Below, piece after piece: positions 28,801-36,573 of a stretch of DNA of 64,000 nt (position 1 is the stretch's first letter; each line of letters opens with the position of its first letter). A model generated the notes under the pieces. It did no database searches. It saw nothing but the letters and a program-made list of their open reading frames with translations, and was not told where the DNA came from. Both the position numbers and the translations under genes were made by a program. This stretch comes from an uncultured archaeon. Lineage in GTDB: Archaea; Thermoproteota; Nitrososphaeria; Nitrososphaerales; Gagatemarchaeaceae. The stretch is taken from positions 352,001 to 416,000 of the forward strand of contig CAWFOU010000001.1 in the NCBI GenBank assembly GCA_963817525.1, given 5' to 3'.

Positions 28801-31250
28801 TCAGTTCGAAGCTCACTTTTTCAGGGCAGGAGAAGCTCAAGCAGCTGAACATCCTGCCCTTCGAAGGGACCGTCTTCTGTGTGACCACCGAGAGAAACCA
28901 CACGGTCATCGCAGGTAGGAACGGTAGGTTCGTCCCGGTCGGTCAGTCCTACGGGGTGATGGGATTCGAGACCTTCGCCCTTTACTGTCTCCCGGTAGCG
29001 GACGCGACGGCGGCGTTCGGGAGGGACGCGATCACCAGGACGATAGAGAAATGTAAAAATGAAGGGGTTTCTGTGATATATTCTGATACTGACAGCCTTT
29101 TTATTGAAAATCCTAACAAGGACAAAATCGCGGATGTCCTAAGGTGGGCGGACAAGGAGCTCGGGGTCGAGCTCGAGGTAGACAAGACCTACCGATACGT
29201 CGCCTTCAGCCAGCTCAAGAAGAACTACTTCGGGGTGCTCCAGGACGGGACCGCGGACATCAAAGGTTTGACGGGGAAAAAATCGGTCGACGGGGAAACC
29301 CCCATTCTCGCGCGCATCGACGGGATCACTACGTTCACAACCGTGGCGGACGTCTATAGCAAGTTCGTCGAGAAACATTCTGTGGAACTCATCAGCGTCG
29401 GCGACGATTTGCGCTCAAACTGGGCACCTATCAACGATGCAACGCGGCACGAAGTTGACGACGTCTATGTGATTCGAACCAGCAAGGGCAGGATCCTGAA
29501 GCTGTCCGGGGATCACAGTGCGTTCTTCATTGATGCTTGTGGCCGTCTGCACAGTAAGGAAACAAGAAACGCCCTTGTGGGCGACGTCCTCGTGGGAACT
29601 CGATTCTTCCCCCAAGTCGCTCCTTCGAAAAGCGTCGATTTGAAACGGTATTTGCCAGAAACGACCGACCGGAATGGAATGCTTTTCTCCTCGAAAGCTC
29701 ACTCGACGACTGGCGTTCCGATTCCTAGGACCTTGGCGCTGACCAAAGACGTCGGAATGATTTTCGGAGTGTTCGTTGCGGAAGGATCTACGGCCAAGGA
29801 CCGTGCTTCAAGGTCGAACGACATCTCGCAGAACGAAATCTCAAATCCGGAGGTTTGTCGTGCTTTGGTAGCCGCGTGGTCTGCGACCTTTGGACGGCGA
29901 ATCAAACAGTTTGGCCCCCCAAACAAACGCGTATTCTATCTCCCGATACTCTACGCCGAACTCTTCAGGGAAACATGCGGCACAAGAAGCGCAGACAAGC
30001 ACGTCCCTGATTTCATCTTCAACGCGCCTTTGGAAGTCATCGAGAGCTTCCTTCGCGGGCTCTTCTCTGGAGATGGCTTCAGTAATGGAAGAAAGATCTC
30101 AATTGCTTCCGAGAGTAAGAGATTGATTGAAGAGACCGGCTACCTTCTTGGCTATTTTGACATCGATACGAGGATCCGAGTGTGCTACAACTCACGTTTC
30201 AACATAGAGTACTATCAACTCAGCGTAATTGGGACGTCAAGCAGGAGGAGGTTCCAAGCGCGGATTGGGTTCCTCCAGCCAAGGTCCCAGAAGATGCCCG
30301 ATAACGGACCACGCAACAAGGAACTACTCCCCATTTCCACCGTGGGGTTGGTGGAAGTGAAGGCAAGCATACTCAAGAGATTGGGACTGAAAAGATTCAG
30401 GCACGTAAACATGCATGATATCAGATTCTTCAACCTGAGCCTTCTCCAGCACTACAACGAAGTGATCGATTCCTTGGCCAGACATGCGAATGACGTAGAG
30501 TCTGCCACGCTGGCGAGAATCAGGAGAATGTTGAACACTCAGGATGTCACATATGATGAGATTATCGAGCTGAAACGAGTTCCCGGAAGCTGCGTGATGT
30601 ACGATTTCTCGGTTCCGAGTACAGAGCGATTCGTTGCGGGAAACCTCCCGACGCTGCTCCACAACAGCCAGACCCCCGAATTCTTGAAGAATGAGTTCTA
30701 CCAGGTGCTCGACATCCTCGGCGCGGTCTACAGCCAGGCAGACTTCGACCAGGCCAAATCGAGGATCAAGAAGCTCCTCACCGACATGGTGACCTCGCTG
30801 AAGGATAGGAAGGTCCCCATCGAGGACCTCTCGTTCAACGTGATGATGGGCAAGTCCATCAGCGGGTACAAGTCAACAAGGTCCCCCGAGCCTCCCAGGA
30901 AAGACGCCCAGGCCCGGCAGGCTCAGGGCTTGCTCCACGAGAGGCCGGAGGCGCCCCAGGAGAGCGGTTTCAACGCGATATCTATGGATGGGAAGCCCCA
31001 GCACGTCAAGGCCGCGATCCTCCTCGCCAGGAGCTCCAATCGCGAGGTGAAGGCAGGCGAGCTGATATCGTTCGTGAAGACCAAGGGCGGGGAGGGGGTC
31101 AAGCCCACGAGCCAGGCCAAGCCGGAGGACATCGATGTCGACAAGTACATCGAGTATGCGAGCTCGATGTTCGATCAGGTGCTCAGCGCCCTCGACCTCT
31201 CCTTCGAGTCTGTGGTCCCGAAGACCAGCCTCGACGCGTTCTGGTCCTAG
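25866..31250 (+). CDS. polB1: family B DNA polymerase (PolB1) with two inteins; about 890-aa mature protein
   Basis: DIEV, FNGDDFD, DFASLYPS, KVILNA|SYG, YSDTDS, KKNY, KGLTGKK|SQTP. Confidence 0.95.
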   Translation: MQETTTKQLDLAERLRALTTPATDLEEGLLVSATYDGDTRRAVLKFYDAKQERVWLWEDKSGHKPYCYTKLSDQEIASAGVEVGKSGITGIVPEKRRDLLNDAEITVKKITATDPLAIGGSPTSLREKMECWEADIKYFENYVYDRGLRVGTYYKIAQGEVTPVQKEVAGEVKRSLDAIVAKASGDAALYIKDWAELLGQPLSNFKRIACDIEVANEENRIPDPEIADREVIAVSFYNDRESIVYLIDKSGEDRSLDGALTGYTPTVFADEASLLRATFAKMMEYPFLITFNGDDFDLRYLKHRAMRKEIGIREEEIPIALQRQEASLKHGVHIDLYRFFNNRSIQVYVYNNRYTEHTLNGIAEALLGKEKIPFEGNIAELPLVELADYCLNDSTLTYDLTAANDSLLMKMLLVIARIAKMPMNDVARLGVSNWIRSMIFYDHRRIGALIPRSDELRQKGGASSEAIIKGKKYKGGLVIEPKPGIYFGVSVLDFASLYPSIIKVHNLSYETVNCIHEECRSNRVPDTDHWICTKRSGIESLLIGSLRDLRVGHYKALSKDKALPKESKDLYSTVTQGLKVILNACFTGDTLVVTPTGIKNIKDFRVGDQVINVNPETLEVEMDKVVAVQAYHYDGDIYHFQDKRFVDLMVTPNHRLLTIDRRKSSKSGAIFRSAEEVRDLANVAIPKLRTGVGRDSANNRVSMLKVAKEIGVFASVYPPSGIRLINWFRTLPSELQKNIRENGRVRKLGTQPTLEKPVKNRQSRYELPADAVEEVDVDAVEAAGGRVLLGESHSRQVPARYLAADLASLSGWFVSAGNPHSSQMKIYASGRVRGKTSGIMISQGFGKGNVMGTQYRAEIQGLLGRLGLRSIQDSGRNKYFKVSSSILNRWVLSQCYVEGEGHGATAKRIPDFVFESSDTMKEFLASVYKGDGNRRRVRYSTVSTRLANDMVVLLSLLGYKAKLSYESESHIYRIVFKNVSSKLTFSGQEKLKQLNILPFEGTVFCVTTERNHTVIAGRNGRFVPVGQSYGVMGFETFALYCLPVADATAAFGRDAITRTIEKCKNEGVSVIYSDTDSLFIENPNKDKIADVLRWADKELGVELEVDKTYRYVAFSQLKKNYFGVLQDGTADIKGLTGKKSVDGETPILARIDGITTFTTVADVYSKFVEKHSVELISVGDDLRSNWAPINDATRHEVDDVYVIRTSKGRILKLSGDHSAFFIDACGRLHSKETRNALVGDVLVGTRFFPQVAPSKSVDLKRYLPETTDRNGMLFSSKAHSTTGVPIPRTLALTKDVGMIFGVFVAEGSTAKDRASRSNDISQNEISNPEVCRALVAAWSATFGRRIKQFGPPNKRVFYLPILYAELFRETCGTRSADKHVPDFIFNAPLEVIESFLRGLFSGDGFSNGRKISIASESKRLIEETGYLLGYFDIDTRIRVCYNSRFNIEYYQLSVIGTSSRRRFQARIGFLQPRSQKMPDNGPRNKELLPISTVGLVEVKASILKRLGLKRFRHVNMHDIRFFNLSLLQHYNEVIDSLARHANDVESATLARIRRMLNTQDVTYDEIIELKRVPGSCVMYDFSVPSTERFVAGNLPTLLHNSQTPEFLKNEFYQVLDILGAVYSQADFDQAKSRIKKLLTDMVTSLKDRKVPIEDLSFNVMMGKSISGYKSTRSPEPPRKDAQARQAQGLLHERPEAPQESGFNAISMDGKPQHVKAAILLARSSNREVKAGELISFVKTKGGEGVKPTSQAKPEDIDVDKYIEYASSMFDQVLSALDLSFESVVPKTSLDAFWS
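27618..28946 (+). mobile_element. intein 1 (443 aa, Cys1...Gly-Gln) with LAGLIDADG-type endonuclease
   Basis: CFTGDT block A, VTPNH block B, ends RNGRFVPVGQ|S. Removal restores LNA-SYG. Confidence 0.92.
29283..30665 (+). mobile_element. intein 2 (461 aa, Ser1...His-Asn) with LAGLIDADG endonuclease
   Basis: SVDGETPI, SGDH, GVFVAEGS, LRGLFSGDG, YDFSV, LLHN|S. Lower GC than the extein. Confidence 0.92.
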
Positions 31251-32962
31251 GAGAACTTCGATACCTTCTCGCGGACCTCCGAGAGGAAGTCCTCGAGCTT
31301 CACCCCGTACCTCACGTCCCCGTCCCTAGCCCTGACCGCGACGGAGCCTGCCCGCTCCTCCTTCGAGCCGATGACGAGCATGTAGGGGACCTTCTGGATC
31401 TGGGCGTCCCTGATCTTCCCCCCGATAGTGCCGCTCGCGTAGTCGCCCTCGACCCTTATGCCCGCTTCCACGAGGGTCCGTGCGACCTTCTCCGCGTAGG
31501 CCCTGCTCTCGTCAGAGACCGGCATGACCCTCACCTGGACCGGAGACGCCCAGACGGGGAGCCTCCCCTGCACGTGCTCGAGGTAGACGCCGATGAACCT
31601 CTCGAGGGAACCTAGAATCGCCCGGTGTATCACCACGGGGGTGTGCTCCTTCCCGTCGGAGCCCGCGTAGGTCAGCTTGAACCTCTGCGGGAGCTGGTAG
31701 TCGAGCTGGATCGTCGAGTTCTGCCACTCCCTGCCCATCGAGTCCTTGATGTCGACGTCGATTTTGGGACCGTAGAAGGCGCCGTCCTTCTCCTTCACCT
31801 TGTACTGGAGCCCCTTCGCCTCCATCACGCGTGAGAGGATCGACTCGGCTTTCTCCCAGAACTCCCTGGTCCCAAGGTGCTCGTCGGGCATCGTGGAGAG
31901 GTTGAGCTTGTACTCGAGCCCGAATATCTTGAAGACCCTGTCCATGAGGTCGATCATCCCCTTCACCTCGCCCTCGACCTGCTCGTCCGTGGCGAAGATG
32001 TGGGCATCGTCCTGCGAGAAGGACTTGACCCTGAAGAGCCCGCTCGCCACCCCGCTCAGCTCGTTCCTGTAGAGCCAGTCGAAGCACGAGACCCTCAGGG
32101 GAAGCTCCCTGAAGCTCCACCTCCTCGTCCGGTAGAATAGCATGGTCGGAGGGCAGTTCATCGGCTTTAGGGCGAACTCCTCACCGCCCAGGTCCGTCAG
32201 GAACATGTTCTGCTTGTAATAGCCCCAGTGGCCGCTAACCTTCCACAGGGCGCTGCTGAACATCGCAGGGGTGCTGACCTCGATGTAGCCGCCCTTCGCG
32301 AGCTCTCCGCGCATGAACTCGATCAGGAGGTTCCTGAGCTTCAGCCCCTTGTTGTGCCAGTAGACCATCCCCGGGGCGGGCTCCTGGAAGCTGAACAGGT
32401 CGAGCCTCTCGCCTATTATCCTGTGGTCGGTCTCCGGGAGACCTGCAAAGTCGCTCTTCCTCAGCCGCGCGAAAAGCTGCTCCTCGGTGAGCTCGTGCTG
32501 GGGCTTCCTCTCTGGCTGCGGGGCCGCCTCCGCCTTTGCCGCTGGCGCGGCGCTGGTGTATACACGCGACTGCTCGGCCAGAGGGTGGCCCTTTACCTTG
32601 ATCTGGAACGCCTTGTTCCAGCCGAACGGCGCGCGGTAGGTCTCCAGCCCGGCCTCGTTCGCCAGCCTCTCCATGGTCTTCAGCACTTCGAGCGCGTCCT
32701 TTGGCCTTGCGAGGTTCGAGCTCAGGTGGGCGTAGGGGTAGATGATTATCCTCCTGACCTTCAGCTTCTCGAGGAACGCCCTTGTCCCTTCGACCGCCTT
32801 TCTTGCGACCTCGTCGTCGTCGCCCGGCTCAACGCTCACGAACAGCGCGACTATCTCCTCGTACCTGCGCTTCTGCTTGTCGGGTATGTCCTCCGCCGCG
32901 GATATCTCCTTGCCTATCGGCTCGTACTCGATGAAGTCAAGGTGCTGCTGGAGTATCCTCAT
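31247..32962 (-). CDS. thrS: threonyl-tRNA synthetase
   Basis: Archaeal editing domain YPYAHLSS/PFGW; KPMNCP, FYGPKID, IHRAILGSLERF. Confidence 0.96.
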   Translation of the reverse strand: MRILQQHLDFIEYEPIGKEISAAEDIPDKQKRRYEEIVALFVSVEPGDDDEVARKAVEGTRAFLEKLKVRRIIIYPYAHLSSNLARPKDALEVLKTMERLANEAGLETYRAPFGWNKAFQIKVKGHPLAEQSRVYTSAAPAAKAEAAPQPERKPQHELTEEQLFARLRKSDFAGLPETDHRIIGERLDLFSFQEPAPGMVYWHNKGLKLRNLLIEFMRGELAKGGYIEVSTPAMFSSALWKVSGHWGYYKQNMFLTDLGGEEFALKPMNCPPTMLFYRTRRWSFRELPLRVSCFDWLYRNELSGVASGLFRVKSFSQDDAHIFATDEQVEGEVKGMIDLMDRVFKIFGLEYKLNLSTMPDEHLGTREFWEKAESILSRVMEAKGLQYKVKEKDGAFYGPKIDVDIKDSMGREWQNSTIQLDYQLPQRFKLTYAGSDGKEHTPVVIHRAILGSLERFIGVYLEHVQGRLPVWASPVQVRVMPVSDESRAYAEKVARTLVEAGIRVEGDYASGTIGGKIRDAQIQKVPYMLVIGSKEERAGSVAVRARDGDVRYGVKLEDFLSEVREKVSKFS

Positions 32963-32983
32963 CGGTGTTCCCCGGAGTCCTTC

Positions 32984-33190
32984 CTAGCCCCATCGGGCCC
33001 GTTCTATGTCTCTGTCCTTCTTGGTGGCCTTCTTCCAGGTCTTGTAGTGCTCGCGGCAAAGGTAGACCCGCCTCCCCTCACCGCCGGCGGTGAGGCCGCT
33101 CCCCGCTAGCTGGTCCCTTCCCATGGACCTCTCACTCGGGTTCTTGCAGCCTGCAATTGAGCACGTGACGCCCTTCTCGACTTTGCCCAT
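32984..33190 (-). CDS. small conserved Zn-binding protein, first gene upstream of thrS
   Basis: CSIAGC...YLCREHY; 21-nt gap to thrS. Confidence 0.75.
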   Translation of the reverse strand: MGKVEKGVTCSIAGCKNPSERSMGRDQLAGSGLTAGGEGRRVYLCREHYKTWKKATKKDRDIERARWG

Positions 33191-33213
33191 TCTGAATCCG
33201 GGCTGCCGAGTCC

Positions 33214-33375
33214 ATATTTATAATCTGTTAACGCATCGTTAACGCTTAACGTAAGGCACGCGATAGGTTCTGTCTGGGTTTTGCTAGATTCCGGCGGACG
33301 GGGTGCGGCATCGGGCGTCGCTGGCGACGATGGCGACCGTTCTTCAGGTTCTTTCTTTGGTTCGAGGTCTGTCAT
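33214..33375 (-). CDS. int(N): N-terminal fragment of the split integrase
   Basis: MTDLEPKK...VNDALTD-YKY. The YKY codons are the att core, in the same frame as int(C). Confidence 0.65.
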
Positions 33376-33429
33376 TAGGTAGGTATGGTGTGGAGTTTGT
33401 AATAAATTCAATTTCCCTAAACGTTAGCC

Positions 33430-33705
33430 GCCCGTGTTAACGCGAAAGGGCGGCCTGATTCGGTCGGTCTAAAGCCGCCGCCGTGTCTCTAGCGCAGCGA
33501 TAGGCGCGGCCACTGGAGGCCGCGGACGGCGGCGGCGTGTGGTCTAAGGACACTGGAGGCCGCCCCGTGCTAGCACGAGAAGGGCGGCGGGAGGCGGCGG
33601 TTCTACGCGGAGCGTTTCAGCGAGCGAAATCCGTTCCCCGGAACGGTGATTGAGCGAGCTACGCCGCCGATAAGATGACGCGTAGACTGGATTGTGTTAA
33701 CTTAT
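33430..33705. other. highly structured GC-rich non-coding region, candidate single-strand origin
   Basis: Nested stems GCCGCCGCCGT/ACGGCGGCGGC, CGCGGCC-ACTGGA-GGCCGCG, CGTGCTAGCACG; repeated CACTGGAGGCCGC and GGTCTAA. Confidence 0.55.
33596..33670. repeat. structured repeat, copy 1
   Basis: GGCGGTTCTACGCGGAGCGTTTCAGCGAGCGA-hairpin-GAGCGAGCTACGCCGCCGA. Confidence 0.85.
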
Positions 33706-33755
33706 CTGCGCTCAGCGATTGATGGGCCAAGAATAGTCACCATAGGCCGCCCCAT

Positions 33756-34454
33756 TTATTCCGTTACCGTGGTCATTAGAGGTGGTGCAAGCAACTGTGA
33801 CTCACACAGTGGAGGCTCGTGCAACGAGCACGGTAAGTATTGCTTCGTAATGAACAAGGTAACTTGGTAAGTCCCAGAAGGCATTCCTGCAAAGGAGCCA
33901 ACGTCGCAATAGGTATAGCCGGTCTTCGGGATATAACAGGAGCTGCTCGTGGTGACATTCTGGCCAGTCGATACATCCTGGTAAAATGCAGTAGCAGTTA
34001 CCGTATAATTTGAGCCCTCAAAAGGGATGATGGTAATTGGGGTAGCATTGCCCAAGTCCTGACCCGCGAATGCGAGTGTTAGTTCGAGGCAGTTTGTATC
34101 GCACCACTTTACCGGAGAGTTCGGCGCCCACATTAGCGGATATTGAGCGCTTGATTCAACCGTTGATTGCATACTGGACGTTGACTTACTGGTTGAGGTC
34201 GGGGCAACGGTTGACTGAATGATAGAGCCGCTGGTAGAGAGGATTGAAGACGCCGAGCCGATGGAAGAACTCGAATGGACATTGTTGGGATTTTCGGGTA
34301 ATGAGCTGGTCCTCTGTGATGAAATGAGAGCGGCGGCAATCACGATTAGCCCAACAGTAATGGCGCAAGTAACAAGGAAGAAGTTCCCTGCCGCAAGGCC
34401 TTTCCTCTTTTGCCCGGCTTCAAACCTCATTCCTACCGAGCGTCTGTGGTTCAA
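33756..34454 (-). CDS. membrane-anchored extracellular Ser/Cys-rich protein (element cargo)
   Basis: N-terminal TM, Ser/Thr stalk, Cys pairs. Start may be ATG 34430. Confidence 0.75.
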   Translation of the reverse strand: MNHRRSVGMRFEAGQKRKGLAAGNFFLVTCAITVGLIVIAAALISSQRTSSLPENPNNVHSSSSIGSASSILSTSGSIIQSTVAPTSTSKSTSSMQSTVESSAQYPLMWAPNSPVKWCDTNCLELTLAFAGQDLGNATPITIIPFEGSNYTVTATAFYQDVSTGQNVTTSSSCYIPKTGYTYCDVGSFAGMPSGTYQVTLFITKQYLPCSLHEPPLCESQLLAPPLMTTVTE

Positions 34455-34515
34455 AGCGTAGAAATGAGGGCGAGGGTGATATTTCAGGGGTTCGCATCAT
34501 TGTTCTATTAGGTCG

Positions 34516-34579
34516 GGCGGTTCTACGCAGAGCGTTTCAGCGAGCGAGGATTTCATTTCCGAGCGAGCTACGCCACCGA
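34516..34579. repeat. structured repeat, copy 2
   Basis: GGCGGTTCTACGCAGAGCGTTTCAGCGAGCGA-GGATTTCATTTCC-GAGCGAGCTACGCCACCGA. Confidence 0.85.
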
Positions 34580-34606
34580 CTCGATCAGAATATAGGTTGG
34601 AGGCAG

Positions 34607-34954
34607 TCAAGCCTTAGAGGTTGACTCTACGGGAATAGGTCTGACTTCCTTCATGCTGTACGTCAACTCTTTCTTGCATCGCGGGCACGTTGCCTTGAAG
34701 GTTACTCCAATAGACCTGTCCGTTATCATGTTCTCCCAGAATGACGTAGACCTAACTCCGCCTTTGGGCTGTATCTCAGTAAGGTCTATTGTTGCGAAGC
34801 AGTGTCTGCAGATGACGCCATTGTGTGAGGAGACGTAATTCTCAATCAGGGTTTCGATGACATCATTCTTCTTGCGGCCTCCCTGCTCCTCCATTACGGT
34901 GATGCTGAATTTCTTCCACAGTTCGTCCGGGACGTCGATAGTTGTTTTTACCAA
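34607..34954 (-). CDS. CopG-like RHH regulator fused to a Zn ribbon
   Basis: KTTIDVPDELWKKF...VIETLIENYV followed by CRHC...CPRC; divergent from rep. Confidence 0.75.
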   Translation of the reverse strand: MVKTTIDVPDELWKKFSITVMEEQGGRKKNDVIETLIENYVSSHNGVICRHCFATIDLTEIQPKGGVRSTSFWENMITDRSIGVTFKATCPRCKKELTYSMKEVRPIPVESTSKA

Positions 34955-34959
34955 GCTGA

Positions 34960-35076
34960 CTTCTGCCCTTCTGCTTTCTACGTTCTGGGTTCTGCTCTTT
35001 TAACCTTATTCCCGTTTACCCGCGTATGCGGGTATAGCGGGCCCTTATATTCGCCTTATAGAAGGGGATAAGGGGA
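34960..35076. promoter_or_regulatory. RHH/rep intergenic control region, candidate operator and double-strand origin
   Basis: Five TTCT(G/A) repeats 7-8 nt apart, hairpin TACCCGCGTATGCGGGTA, tandem AAGGGGAT. Confidence 0.5.
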
Positions 35077-35082
35077 TAGCGT

Positions 35083-36243
35083 ATGCCGATGCAAACTCAC
35101 GCGTTTAAGGCAAGCATGGAGGTTCGGGTAACAGCCGAAACGTGCGGAGGGAGGAAGCCGAATCCGGGGCTGGACGCAATCAGGACAGAACTCTTTCCGT
35201 TGGAGTCGACGGAGTGTGAGGCATGCGGGACGCGTTTGTGGACCGCGAAGTGCAGCAGCGGATGCGTTACTCATGTAAGGCAGATGTGCAGGAGGGACAA
35301 TCTATGTCCCGCCGATTCGTTCAGGCGTTCGAGCGAGCTGGCGGGCGATTTTGTGCGGGTAGCTCAAGGCTTGTGTAGCGCCGCGGGGGTAAAGCTTCGA
35401 TTCTGGCGTTGGGAGGTGACGATGCCCAGAGACACGCAAAAGGGCATGACGCTGGACGAGGGGTATGAGTTCACAAGAGAGGCGAAGCGCTACGTGGAGG
35501 GCTACCTTCGGGAGAGGTTCGGGATACCCGAGGAAGTCCAGCTAGGCAGCGCGGTGGTCTTCCAGATGCTGCACAGCAGCGACCCGTTCGGAATGAAGAA
35601 GAACCATCGCGGCGCTGACCGGAGACACTTCCACTATCACGGGGTGACGCTGGGGTGGGGCGTGTGGAAGTCGGAGGCCACCGTCTATCGGGGTCCCAAC
35701 AGCTTGTTCGTCCAAGACAGCGCGATCGTGGACGGCGAGAAGAGGAAGTTCGTAAGGTTCCGCGCTGGCTGGCGCGCCGTGGTTGAGGGCCGCTTTGGAA
35801 GGTCGAGCGCTAAGGACGTGGACGGCTTCATCCGCTATGAGAGCGGGACGGCGGAGCTGTATCACCGTTTCAGATACATGATGAGAGGCGGGGTGGAGGA
35901 CTTTGCACAGTGGACCCGGAGATACGGGTATCCGCAGGACTACGACAAGGAGTGGGTGCGGGAAGCGCTGACGTGGAAGAAGGGGAGGCCGAGGGTCTTG
36001 TATTACGGCTTCCTGTCTCCCAAGAACCTGTCGGAGAAAAACAGGTTCATGCGGAAGATCGCCTTGGCGATTCCGACCAAGGCGCTGCGGCTGAGAGAGG
36101 CGAGGAAGCTGTATTGCGACAAGCATGGCGAGGAGCTACGGATAGACTTCGCGGCTGGCCTGAAGCACATCAGCGAGGTGATGGCTGAAGGCGGCACGAT
36201 AGTGGTGCGGCTTCGAAGTGCGGTCGAGTATGGAGGCGGCTAA
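35083..36243 (+). CDS. HUH rolling-circle replication initiator, IS91-transposase-like
   Basis: N-terminal Cys cluster, WEVTMP (motif I), HFHYH (HUH), RFRYMMR (Tyr), RVLYYGFLS, C-terminal CDKHG. Confidence 0.75.
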   Translation: MPMQTHAFKASMEVRVTAETCGGRKPNPGLDAIRTELFPLESTECEACGTRLWTAKCSSGCVTHVRQMCRRDNLCPADSFRRSSELAGDFVRVAQGLCSAAGVKLRFWRWEVTMPRDTQKGMTLDEGYEFTREAKRYVEGYLRERFGIPEEVQLGSAVVFQMLHSSDPFGMKKNHRGADRRHFHYHGVTLGWGVWKSEATVYRGPNSLFVQDSAIVDGEKRKFVRFRAGWRAVVEGRFGRSSAKDVDGFIRYESGTAELYHRFRYMMRGGVEDFAQWTRRYGYPQDYDKEWVREALTWKKGRPRVLYYGFLSPKNLSEKNRFMRKIALAIPTKALRLREARKLYCDKHGEELRIDFAAGLKHISEVMAEGGTIVVRLRSAVEYGGG

Positions 36244-36345
36244 AAAATGACGCTCCTGAAAGGGTCTGGGGAAAGCTCAGAGAGTTTCCCCACGCTCGGC
36301 GGCAGGCGCGAAGCGCCGCCGCCGCATGCAGGACGGCGAGCGTGA

Positions 36346-36573
36346 ATGGCGGAGTCAGAGCTAATCCCAAGGCCAACATGGGTCTATTTCCGCATTGTAG
36401 GCAAAGACCACAATTTGTTGAAGGTCACATTTGATGTTGATATTGGAGGTTCGTTCCTGTTGAAGCTGGATTACATAGAGAAGCTGAAAGCTGAACTGAT
36501 TGATAGGGCGTATAGTCGGTTCTCTCCCGATTCGATGGAATATAGGAACCGGTCGAAAAGACCGGACTTTTAG
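36346..36573 (+). CDS. small hypothetical protein
   Basis: 75-aa ORF downstream of rep, after hairpins at 36268-36343. Confidence 0.5.
   Translation: MAESELIPRPTWVYFRIVGKDHNLLKVTFDVDIGGSFLLKLDYIEKLKAELIDRAYSRFSPDSMEYRNRSKRPDF

Noticed and set aside
33106-33213. C-terminal tail of ORF 33106-33411
   Set aside because: Read-through into host DNA after the att core, overlapping the 32984-33190 gene out of frame.
33596-33670. Hammerhead or other known ribozyme in the structured repeat
   Set aside because: No CUGANGA core on either strand.
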